A stretch of DNA of 64,000 nucleotides from the human T2T-CHM13v2.0 reference genome, Homo sapiens. The position numbers were made by a program, and so were the translations under genes. The notes under the pieces are model-generated. The model was not told where the DNA came from. It was given only the letters and a program-made list of their open reading frames with translations, and did not search any database. Position 1 is the stretch's first letter; each line of letters opens with the position of its first letter. The DNA lies in NCBI RefSeq assembly GCF_009914755.1, contig NC_060928.1, one strand, 5' to 3'. Below are positions 52,330 through 64,000 of this stretch, in pieces.

Positions 52330-55300
52330 AGCCCCAGCAATGCTCACAGATTCCCTGAAAACTTTTAATATCTTTCTATTAAATATTTTTAAAAATGCCA
52401 AATGTAACCAGATGTGTGCAGAAATCCTCTAATATGAAAAACAAACCCAAGCATGCATCAGGTAATGAAGAACCAATAAAACACAAAACAAACAAACATA
52501 AATTTAAAGGAACCAGAGATACAAAATAGTGCATGTACCAGGAAAGAAAAATGACAACAAATCTGATCATTGATATCCTAAATAAAGGTAAGTAAACGAA
52601 GATACAACTTTCGTGAAAAACAGAGCACTATACTATACAAACGTACGTTTAGAAAGCATAGAATGGTCTTAAGATACATATTTCAGAAAGCGTCACAGGA
52701 TCCTTAGGTTGTCACTTGACCAGCCAGAAATATCTGTGGCCAGCAGTGCCTCTGCTTGGGTTTTGCTTGTGCCTGCTGGGCTGATTTTGCCCACTCGGCC
52801 TGGCAGACTACACTCCACTAGTGCTACTGGCCTGGATCCCATGCCTGCCAAGGGCGATCCAGGTGCAGAGTGAGGAGGGGTGTGTGAGTGAGCGAGCATG
52901 GGGTCTGGTCACTGCACACAGCCAGGCATGCTAACTGCAGCCGGGTGGGCAGCTCTCAATGCCAGCACGGGCGCCGGCTTCATGCGAGGCTGCAGCTCAG
53001 CCAGAAGGTTTCTAATGTGGGCACCAGCATAAGGACAAGGGGAATGCAGTGGCACCTGAAAGCTTGGAGACACCAAAAACCTAAAGAGGGTGTTACAGTG
53101 TGTCACAGCCCTGGCTCAGGGAGCACCTAGGGCTCCAAAAAGCACAGCAGCTCTTCACTCCTTTTTATCACCTGCAACATGGCAAGCAGGGGGAATGTTT
53201 CAGCCCTGTTTGTTACAACTCTTTCAGTCTTGCCATTGGGCGGGTACCCAGTTCATGTCCCACAACCAGGAAGAATTAGGTACTTGGACAACTGGAGAGT
53301 GAGCAAGGAAGAAAGGAGCTTTATTGAGTGAAAGAACAGATTTCATGAGGCCAGAAGTGAAAGTGAGTAGCTCCTTTCCACAGGTATGTGGTTCTGACGA
53401 GTGTACAGTTCCTCAGGGGAGAGGCAATGCAGAGTGTGTAGGTTCTTTCTGCAGGGAGGTTGTCCTGGTGAGTGGAGGAGACCCAAAGTGGGTTCTCCTT
53501 CCCTCAAGCAGTAGTCCCAAGGTCTAAGTCTCACTGAGTCTGGGATTTTATGGGCTCAGAAGAGAATAAGCCATGCTGATTGGTCCATGGATGGCAATGG
53601 AAGGGCCCGGAAAAAGCACCATCTGAGTGGCCGAAAAGTCATCAATGAAGTTTTCACTCCAGGCTGTGGACTTTGCCTGGAACTGGCAGCCTGGCCCCCA
53701 GGCTTCAGGCCATTCCTAGCTTGAAGGTGGAGTTTCACTGGGGATCTGACCATTTCCACCCAGGAACCTGTCTGCCTTCCATCATCAACATGCCAACTAT
53801 GGCACCCAGACTGTTTGTGGTGAGGGGCGCCTGTAGGATCCCATCGAGCTGCCCTCATTGCCCCCTGGTCTCCCTCCCATGCCCGTTGGTGCCCAAAGTC
53901 TGTAGGGGTCCGAGGTGTTAGAGGACTGACATGTAAGTGCCACCCCAAGCGTGTGCACACCCAGCTGGGTCGCAACAGCAGCTGGGCTCGGCCACAGCTT
54001 TGCTCCGCACAGGATTGGGTGCTGGGATCAGGAAGAGGCCAGGGAGAAGGAACAGCCACTTCTGAGCCTGCAGGGGCAGGGTGAGGCTTCCTGAGCCCCC
54101 GAGAGCTCAGGATTACCTAGGTCCAGAGCCGTCGCTGGGCGGCTGCAACTGTGGTATGAGAGCGCAGAGCTCTTGCCCTGCTAACTATGTAGGACTGGGG
54201 CTCCCACCTGTTCTCAGCTCCTGCGGGCTCCATGGAGCTCTTAGCCTTAGCCATGCCTCCCCCACTGCAGCTGGCATCACTGCAGCAGCTGCTCCAGACA
54301 GGCCATTGCCGCCAGCAAAAGTAAAACACAGAATAATATCGTTAGAAAATAAAACTGAAAAGGATTTAAAAATTTAGAAAAATATACTATTTAAAAATAC
54401 AGAATCCTACAGTAGAGGAAATGGACGGAGAAAATGATCAAGGAGCTAACACAAGAATATTTCCCAGAAATAAAGAACATAGGTATGAAAATAGAAGTAT
54501 CTTAAAAAATGGATAAAAAGAAGGTTCATGCCAATACATTATTATTGCATTTTTTGAACGGAGAAAAATGAAAGATGTGTGAAGAGAAAGAGTGTGTATA
54601 GAAGGATCAGGAATGGCATAGGACCTACATATCTAGAAGTTCTTCATGCTTCACAGAGAAAATACTTTTTAATCTAGATAGCTGTATCCAACAAATCATC
54701 ATTTGAGGGTCAAAGTAAACCAAAAACATCTTCAGAAGGGCCCTTTTAAAATATTTACTTTTCTAGTTACAGAAAGTAACTATATCAAGAAAAATAATAA
54801 GGTACAAAAAGATGAAGAGGGACATGGGAGAAAGAAAGAAGAGGTTGACCTTCGAAGAGGGGGGTGAGAATTTCCAGGGTCAAGAGAAAGGCTATAACTT
54901 TTTAAAGCTGGAAAGTAGGTTTTGAGCGAAAGTAGGTTCCAGATGAGGGTCAGAGGACTGAGCAGGTCAGGGAGGTATAGTCATTTAAAAAGTAAAATAC
55001 ACATTTTTCAATACTTGTTAATTATTAAAAGTATAATTACGATTTTATCCTAGAATTTAAGTTTGAATCTATGTTAATTATGGAAAATGTAAGAGAATGT
55101 TATGAACTCCTGGATCAAACATGATTGAACTAGAAAGGAAATATATTGCATACTTTTGGTTTGGGGAAAAATGTACCATTCGTAAACACTGAATACTGAT
55201 TTAATCTAAAGTTATATGATAGCAATGGGGACATGATGGAAAGAGAAGAACGTTGACATACGTTTATGTTGAGTTATGACAGATGTACACCTGCTGTAAG

Positions 55301-55560
55301 AGAGCTACATCTTTAAAATCTGTGATAGAAAATAAATTGATAGTATGTAGAACTTTTAAAAAAGTGTTATTAATATAAAGATGTCATTAAAATATGTAGA
55401 AAAAAGCAGAATAAGCTACTGAATGAGTTTAAAATGTTTACTTCTCTAAGAAGGAAACAGGAGAGGTGAGATGTGGAAAGCGAATATTAGCTTTTGGTTT
55501 GAGCCCTGTAAAACTAACTGACTTTTATATGTATGTAGTGGTGTCATAAAATTTAAATTA
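52330..55560 (+). mobile_element. HAL1-like element interrupted by MER52A
   Basis: A-rich ORF1-like sequence on both sides of the LTR (ACACAAGAATATTTCCCAGAAATAAAG; AAGGATCAGGAATGGCATAGGAC; AAAATACTTTTTAATCTAGA). Confidence 0.6.
52691..54317 (-). mobile_element. MER52A-type solo LTR (ERV1), 1.6 kb, GC-rich, 4-bp TSD
   Basis: Minus strand starts TGCTGGCGGCAATGGCCTGTCTGGAGCAGCTGCTGC and ends CCTAAGGATCCTGTGAC; TSD AAAG at 52687-52690 and 54318-54321. Confidence 0.9.
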
Positions 55561-57397
55561 AATGAACATAAAGTATATTATTCTATACTTGAGTCTCATG
55601 ATGTCTCATACTACAAATGCAAACACTTATTTAGAAAAAAAACCACAAAAATTACATGCCAAAGTAAAAAAATATTTGGTGACATTCATGTGAATAATAC
55701 ATTTTATTTGGGTTAAGCTTCTTTATAAGACTGATTTTATACATTTATTTTATGTCACAACTTCATTGCTATGATATATTCCTCTTAATAGGTTTATTTT
55801 GGTATATATTTATTGTATCTCCTTTCTTCCTGGTGTAAAATAAATTAGGATTGATAAATACGGAATCACTTGCTTTGATCCAAATATATATAAATAACAA
55901 TTTTAAGCATTTTTGGTATAATTAGGAGGAAAAAGGGAGTTTGATTGCTACATTTGACTGAATATTTCATGAAATATTTTTCTTGATTATTGTTTACATA
56001 TTAAATATAACAATATGATTAGTCCTGTGATCTCTGCACTTCTTGCTAAAATATGATGAAAATATTTCTCCAGTCTCCTCAGGAGCCGGGGAGAAAAAAA
56101 AATCTACCAAGCTTGGAATTATGCCACTGATATTTTATTAAAATGATATCTATGTTTTTAACCCAATTACCATTGAATGAGCATCTACTGTAAGAGTTTT
56201 AGGCGCTCCTCTGGGCAAAGAAGACAGAGATTTTTAAGTCATAATCTTGTCTAACAGAGCCTAAGGCATTTCAATTGTGTCAGGAATTCAAATGTAATGA
56301 AGACATCTGTTGTTGGCAGAAAGCAAGTGAGACTTTGTAAAGGAGGGGTCTGAGGTTTAGAAATATATCATGAGACTGCTTCATGTTTGATTTTTCATTA
56401 GCAGATGAGGATTTCCTAGAGAGAAAATATGACATCCTGAAAGAAGATATATTATATATATCATTTATTATTCTTGTAAAGGGAGATACTTAGCAGAAAA
56501 GATGGTTTTATTCTTACTCAATCTGTATTTTCATCAAATACTTTGTATTTCACTAGTTTTAATCATGCATTTGCATTTGTGTGTATATATAAATGTGTTC
56601 ATGTGTGAATGCTGCCAGATCTGTTAATTTTTTATTTTCTTTGAAGTCAAGGAGAACTCTAATCTTTTCCTCTGCTTCTTTTTCACTTATATGTCATTTG
56701 TCTTACATTCTTCATCAACTCTTTTTTTACCTTATCTTTCTCTTCTAATAGCTGTCATAGTTTTATCTTTGTTCTGTTAACATACAATGGGTCCAAGCAG
56801 CTTACTACTAATAATTTTAGTACTACATAGAAAATAGGATTTAATTGGAGTAACCAAAGGCTTCAAATGCTTTACACCCTCTTAAAAAAACTTTATATTT
56901 TTTTTTCCAGAGGCACTTTTCAGTTCAAGTTTTTAATGCAAAGGAGAGTTTGATTAAAAATGAAGCATTTTAAGACACAATTTCTTGGTGGTGTAATTTG
57001 GTAATCATTGCTTTTCATTTCTTCACTTCGACAGTCTTGTTTTCATCAAAGACTGATTTATAGAAAATAAGAGCCACATGTTAATCTGCTTTCTATCCTT
57101 CATGTGTTCATTTTGTGCCCTTCTAACTTTAGAATTGGAAGACTGAGTAAACAGTCTTCATTTCTTCTATGGCTACCCACAGACCTAGGACCTTATCACA
57201 TAAAGCAGAGAATCAGAGTGGGCTGTTGAGTAACACTTTATTTTACATAACTTTTTATTTATTTCCAAAGTCTGAAAAAGTTTACTTCAAACTGCGGCAA
57301 TCATCTTTATTTCGGTTTAAATTATGTTGAATATGAGAGATGATCTCCACACTTTCGGAGTTGAAGTTGTAATTTTCTTTACTTTATTGCTGCAATT

Positions 57398-57469
57398 GCA
57401 GAACCTAGCATGTTCCTTGCATACACTAGCATTCAATAAATATGTGTTAAATGGATGAATTAATGAATC
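57398..57469 (+). mobile_element. L2 3' end
   Basis: GAACCTAGCATGTTCCTTGCATACACTAGCATTCAATAAATATGTGTTAAATGGATGAAT. Confidence 0.7.
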
Positions 57470-59355
57470 TATATTCTTTAAATTACCAAGAAAAATTAAT
57501 AAAATAACAGTTGCCACATAAAATGCTAAACTATATCAAATACTGTGGGTTTTTTTTTTGTGGTGACACATACATTATTTAAAGCATCTTAGCAATAATA
57601 TTTCCACTGAAAATACCAGAAACAAAATTCAAAGATAAAGATGTAGAATAATTTTGTTTCTTTTTCTTCCACTTAGTTTTGCTTGACTGTACCGTTATGT
57701 TTAGTAAGGAAAAAAGGCCAATGAATAGCCTGAGTGTTTCCAGCCAGAAAAGAGATAGCATTAGGCAACAAGAGGAAAGACACATGCTTGAGTCATGTGT
57801 CCAACTGAGTATATGCCATCATGTTCAGATAAAATGGTACTACTATTACACACGCCTGTATCAAGGGACTATCCCTGAGACCAATATACCATTGACCAAT
57901 ATACCATTACTCTTTTTTGTATTTTATTACTGTTTACATACAGATAATAAATATTTAACATTTGGAATTTTGTGTGGTTCATTGAAAAAGGGATTAATCT
58001 CTTCAAGTTTAATGATTGAATGATATGTTGACTTTATGCATGTGAACGCATTTTTAGAACTCTCAAGCTGGAAACTACTATGTTTCTTTGTCAATCATCC
58101 CTTGTAGGATTCCTTTATTGATTGGGAGGTAGAAAGTTGAGTCAGACTCATTAGAGGCCCGAGAGTACTGTATTTTGCTGCTTATCTTGTATAATAGTTG
58201 AAAGGTGTGGCAGGAGAGGAATTTCTATAGGCTTCAATGCTGTCACTAACAGTGGGGAACAATGATAGCCTTGGAGAGAGACATTGTTAAAAAAGTTGTC
58301 AAAGAAAAACCTAACCAAACTTCATAGCATTAACAAGGAACCGTCTTTTTTGTTTACTCTGAGTTAAAGAAAAAAAAGGATATCCTACATTCAACGAATA
58401 TGTTATTTACTTTTATCTAAACAGATTTACATTAACCAACCTATATTAACTGGAGACAAATATTTCTAATAGGTGATTTTTTAAAAGCTAGATCACAATA
58501 TTTTAATTCAGAGATAATATAATAGACACCCAATACAGAGAACAAAATGTTTATTATTATCATGATACTTTAATTGCTTTCTGTCATAAAGTTAGTATCA
58601 CAAACTTTTTAAGAAGCAATCGGTAGGAAAAAGTGTTTTTTTTTGATAGATTGAATTTCATAAAACAAAAATCTGAAAAGAACTTCTGAAAAAAAAACTC
58701 TTCAATATAATACAAAACTTAGCCAAGAAAACAAGAAAATATGTACTTCCAAACTAGGCAGGAGATGTAAATATCTTCTTTCAAAAGATATATGTAACAG
58801 AATGTTTAATATGGATTTTTCAATTAACATTTGATCTTTTTGTTTGTTAGTCACTAAAATTAAACATTTAAGTATTATTAATAGCAGGAACCTTCTTTAC
58901 TATCACTTCCAGAAATCATATGGAAATTTTGGCATACTTTGAATGACTATATATAGATGAGACTTTTTTGCCTCAATTTTAAGGCAAACAGATCAAAGCC
59001 TATGAGGGTGTAATTACTACTGGTTGAGAACGTTTTTCTAAGTGTTAGCATAGGCATATTTTGCTACAGTTATACCAGCATCTGCTCTAACTCTTTAAAA
59101 ACACCCTAGGGCATGTGAAGAAACAGATCATATCAAAGGAGGATAACTGTTTTCAGATAACTGCTGTGACATAAATTTTCTTCCTAAGAATCATCAATGC
59201 TGGTTTTTAAAACTTGGCGTACTCCACTACCTCAATTTAAAACATGAGAGATGTGTCTTGTTAAAAGGTTTAGACATTAATGGTTAAAGATAGACAAAGA
59301 AGACTTACTCATAAACTACAAAATTAGAAGATTGTTGATTACACTCATTTCTCTT

Positions 59356-59655
59356 AACTTTAGTGAGGCATATATTGCATAATATTAAAATTCAAACATT
59401 TTAAGTGCACACTTTTATATACTCACTGATGTAACCACTACTCTAATGAGTTACAGAACCTGTGTATCAATCCCCTAAGCCAGCTTCCTGGTTCCCTTTT
59501 GCAGTCAGTCTCTCCTACTGTGGCACCAGGAAACCATGGATGTGGTTTCTAACAACAGAGTAGTATTACCAATTCTAAAGCTCCGTGTATATGAAATATT
59601 ACAATGTGTACTCTTTTACTTTTTTCAATATTTTTTGAGATCTATTTATGTCAGT
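59356..59655 (-). mobile_element. L1MD/ME 3' end fragment
   Basis: AACTTTAGTGAGGCATA…CATTTTAAGTGCAC…ATGTAACCACTAC…CCCTTTTGCAGTCA. Confidence 0.7.
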
Positions 59656-59752
59656 CTGTCTTTTGATTACTTCATTTCCTTTAATTTGTTGATCTTATTT
59701 TCCATTAGTAATATGAGTACATTCAAACTTAATGTTTTAAGTCTTTGTTTTC

Positions 59753-60040
59753 TTGTTTTTGTTTGTTTGTTTGTTTTTGAGAAGAAGTCTTGCTCTGTTG
59801 CTCAGGTTGGAGTACAGTGGCACGATCTCTACTCACTGCAACCTCCCCCTCAGCCTCCTGAGTAGCTGGTGGATTACAGGTGCCCGCCACCACACTCAGG
59901 TAATTTTCTGTATTTTTGTTAGAGATGAGGTTTCACCATGTTGGCCAGGCTGGTCTCGAACTCTTGAATTCAAATTATCCACCCCCAACTCGGCCTCTTG
60001 AAGTACTGGGATTATGTTTGTGAGCCACTGCACCTGGTCC
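59753..60040 (-). mobile_element. AluS with internal right-arm deletion and 19-bp TSD
   Basis: TSD GTTTTAAGTCTTTGTTTTC at 59734-59752 and 60041-60059; GCAACCTCC joined directly to CCTCAGCCTCC. Confidence 0.93.
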
Positions 60041-60059
60041 GTTTTAAGTCTTTGTTTTC

Positions 60060-60990
60060 AATATCCAAGATCAGGGTCATTGGGTTTAGGTCTGTATTAT
60101 CAATTTTTTAATTTCTTGAGAAAGTGTATTTTTTGTTTGTGTTTTCCTGCATTTCATAGTTTTTGTTTTGGACAATAATGTTGTTGTTGATACATTGAAA
60201 ACCCTTTGAATTGTTATATTATTTAAAGAGCATTATTTTTCAACATCTATTAAAAGCTGCCTGAGCACAGGCATATCTATCTGTAAAAAATCTAAGGGGG
60301 TCTTCCAAGTCCCTTGAACACAATAGGACTTAACCTTCAGTTTTCTCCATCCTGAGGATTTTGCAGGAGACTTAATCTCAAAATAGGTTTAGAGTAATCC
60401 AAGACCTAAGGCGTCGTTGTTATTTCTAAGTTATAGCCTTTCTTTTGGGGCAGTTGAATGCTAGGGGTGGTAATAAGATCTGTACATTATGACAGTTCTG
60501 GAGATCCTACATTTCCCCAGCAATTATTGATGTCTGGTGTTTCTGTTCTGTTTTCAATCTCATGGCAACTTCTCTCTGGTAAGTCTCATGTGATGTTGGT
60601 CTGAGCATGTATTGCCCAGCTCTTGACCAAGAAATCCCAGAGAACCCCCCTACTCAAGCTTCTAGGGTTCCCCTCTGGGAAATACCCTTTTCCCTAGTGC
60701 TTTACTCTGCTCAGATCAGCTGCTTAATCTGCTCTGAACTCTAATCTTGGCCTCAGCTCAGCAAGATCATAACACTCCACTTAAATTAGAGCTTGCCCTG
60801 CAGTCAGGAGAGATGGAATGTTTTGGGGGCTTGCATCATTTGTTTCCTGCCTTTCTGAAATTGCAGTCTTGCATTACTGAATGCTGAAAAGCATTTGTCG
60901 TGTATATTTTGTCTCACATATGTTGCTCGGATTTGCATTATTTTAAATAATTAAGAATAATCTGATGTTATTCTTTCAATATCAGAGCAG
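60060..60990 (-). mobile_element. Old L1M 5'-region fragment
   Basis: Resembles antisense L1M 5' end (TGAAATTGCAGTCTTGCATT…TGCTGAAAAGCATTTGTCGTGTATATTTTGTC). Confidence 0.45.
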
Positions 60991-61939
60991 AAGTTCATTC
61001 AAATATTTTAATCATATTATTTCCCACAACTTGCACAAAATTAGGATATGATTCATTAAGAAAGATGATCGCATTTGCTCATGTCTTTTCCTTCAAGTAG
61101 AGTTTTGAATTTTGTTGTGTTTGGGGTTTTTAATCATCATCTTAAATAATTTCATTCTTCAAGTATACAGAATGTGTTGGGATCAGAGAAAGATTGTTAT
61201 TGTTTATTTAAAAAACAAATAATGACACCCCACACATCAATTTTTACCACATTGACAATTACATGAAAGTCCCAAATGTCCCCCACAAAAAAATTCTATG
61301 ATATGAAGAATAGAGAAAAATAAATTGTATATGATTACATACATTAGAGATGCAGCTGTCATCTTTTTCCCCACTTTAAGGTGATTGAAAACCCTTTCTA
61401 TTTGGATACAAGATGGAAAGAATTCTGAGTTCACTTACTCAAATGTTGAAATGTAGATAGATGTCTCCAAGGACCAGATACAACCTGGTGGCTCAGGGTT
61501 ATCCAACATATTGATGTCTCCATGGTCTTGGTTTTCATTTTTCACTGTAACACACACATGCACACACATCGTCTGAGTTAATTCCTCTGAAGTTCTCCAC
61601 AGATAGATAGATAGGTATAAATAAACTTCCTAAGACTTGTTCTTAACCCGGAATCCCAAGTTCTTAACAAAATTAATGCAGGAAGTCCCTGTTCTGCAGA
61701 AACACACAGATATTTTCACACCCTCATAATATGCCACAAAAATAAAAATTAAGAGGAAATACGGAACCATTGCAGTAGAGAAGATTTTCTAAGAATTTTA
61801 CACTATGAGACATTGTTCATTTAAAACAAACAAACAAACAAAAACAGTTATAAGATATTTTTGATATTTTATTGGAAGCAAATTATTATTAATAGACCTC
61901 TAACATATACACTAATGTATAGCTCAATCTGCACTATGA

Positions 61940-62057
61940 AGACACTTCTTGGGTAATGAGACTATTTTAAAATTGATTGCAAACATGCAAATTCACACAA
62001 ATGTACAGTTAAAATGGGGTAATTTTTATTATATGTAAATTACAGCTCAGTAAAGAA
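61940..62057 (+). mobile_element. L1M 3' end fragment
   Basis: AATGTACAGTTAAAATGGGGTAATTTTTATTATATGTAAATTACAGCTCAGTAAAG. Confidence 0.7.
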
Positions 62058-62481
62058 ATATGAACTTCATGATAAAAACATTTGTTGCACTTTAAGATTT
62101 TTTTGCCAACTAATCCCTCTGTTGTGTTATCATTAAACAGTATCTATAATGGCAATCATTTGAAATCACAGAGTGTAATATAAATGCTCTTTAGAATATC
62201 TATTTGTTAATTATTAAGTAATTTCAAAGTAGTAACAATAGTTATGAGTAGCACCCCCCAAAATTGATGGAACTATTAAGTAACCGAAAGAATAAAAACA
62301 GTGCCTAAGAATTTGTAGTTAATACTTGCTTACTGACAATTCTAAAATTATTTTAGGATAAGGAGTAATTATTCTCCACTAAAGATTAATCTCATCCTTT
62401 AAAGATTAGCCAGATCATATTTTAGTTATAAATATAAATTGTAAACATTCTATTTATAATGGCATAAATGAAATAGCAGAA

Positions 62482-62773
<292 letters not shown>

Positions 62774-63735
62774 AAGTAACAGAGGTATGTATTATGGTTT
62801 TTTTGGGGGTTTTTTTGGCAAAAAAAAAAAAATACGAGGAGTGTGATCCACCTTTCCTTAAGGAGCTAAATGAGAATTAATGTTTGTATTTAAAGACAAA
62901 TAATTTTTGACCATTTGCTTTGACTTTATTAAAGGTCTGAAACCACAATCTCTAGATATTTGTCATTTATACTGATATATAAACTCTGCATTATATATCA
63001 GCTATGGTAAAACTTTGATCCTTTCCAGTTCCTGGATCTTCTTTTGATTAATCAAACTTGATTGACTAATACATTGTCATTATGTGAAGATTGAGTTATA
63101 CCATTCACATAAAGATCCATTATTAAAGACTTATTTTTGTGTGTTGTACAATATAAAGAGGCAATTTTATGTCTTTTTAAACTTGGATTTAAAAAAATCT
63201 AACATCAGCTATTAAAAAATACAGATTTTCCCAATAAATATTTTTCTACCTCTAACATACGTGTGTCCATATATATGTGAGGGTCTTTCTTATGATCTCT
63301 TGTCCACTTGTCTATCACCAATATTACTGTTTTAATTACTATAATTTGAATTAATCTTATGCCTGATATAACTAGACCATAAGGAAGCATATCTGGATCT
63401 GATGAAGAGGACTTTGTGTCATCACTATGGAATATATTTTCAAATGGATGAAGTGATTAGACAGTTTTTTGTGGTTATAATTTTTGGTGAGTTTGTGTGA
63501 TAGCTGCACATGGATAATGTACATGGACACATGAATAAAGTGGGAGAATGTTCTAGAAACTTTATTTTCCCACAATATTTCCCTCCTCCCACCCTATCTC
63601 TCTCATTCTATCTCTTGCACTTTATCTGTAGTATTGAGACTCCTGATCTTCATCAGGATACACAACCACCTAGAAACAATTATACATTTCCCAATTATCC
63701 ATAATGTTAGTTGTGAGCATGTTTATATTTCGTAG

Positions 63736-64000
<265 letters not shown>

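Noticed and set aside
53556-54059. Longest ORF (167 aa) and the cluster of overlapping ORFs at 52693-54377
   Set aside because: Almost entirely within the GC-rich MER52A LTR, where stop codons are rare; no recognisable domain.
57679-58023. 114-aa ORF in non-repeat DNA
   Set aside because: Non-ATG start, no recognisable homology or coding-like composition, and no supporting splice structure.

Overview
This is AT-rich, CpG-depleted primate (human-like, catarrhine) genomic DNA. I see no credible protein-coding gene, RNA gene or CRISPR array. The window is a mosaic of interspersed repeats: Alu J/S/Y, L1 (PA/PB/MA/MC/MD/ME), HAL1-like, L2, MIR, ERVL-class internal relics, solo LTRs (MLT2B, MLT1, THE1C, LTR16, MER52A) and DNA transposons (MER8, Tigger3a, MER1B). 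The ORF track is explained by decayed repeats or chance. Subfamily names come from my memory of consensus sequences, not from a RepeatMasker run, so they and many boundaries are approximate. The main discovery is structural: an inversion of about 8.2 kb (about 21.2-29.4 kb). It splits one AluY, one formerly full-length L1MA2-type element and the ERVL gag region it landed in, leaving their halves on opposite strands. Its two junctions share a perfect 27-bp inverted repeat that carries a private mutation. Smaller findings are a probable L1 3' transduction, reuse of one L1-endonuclease site by two Alus, several fold-back (template-switch) micro-duplications, and two unexplained hairpins in non-repeat DNA. 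I found no evidence for a novel coding system.
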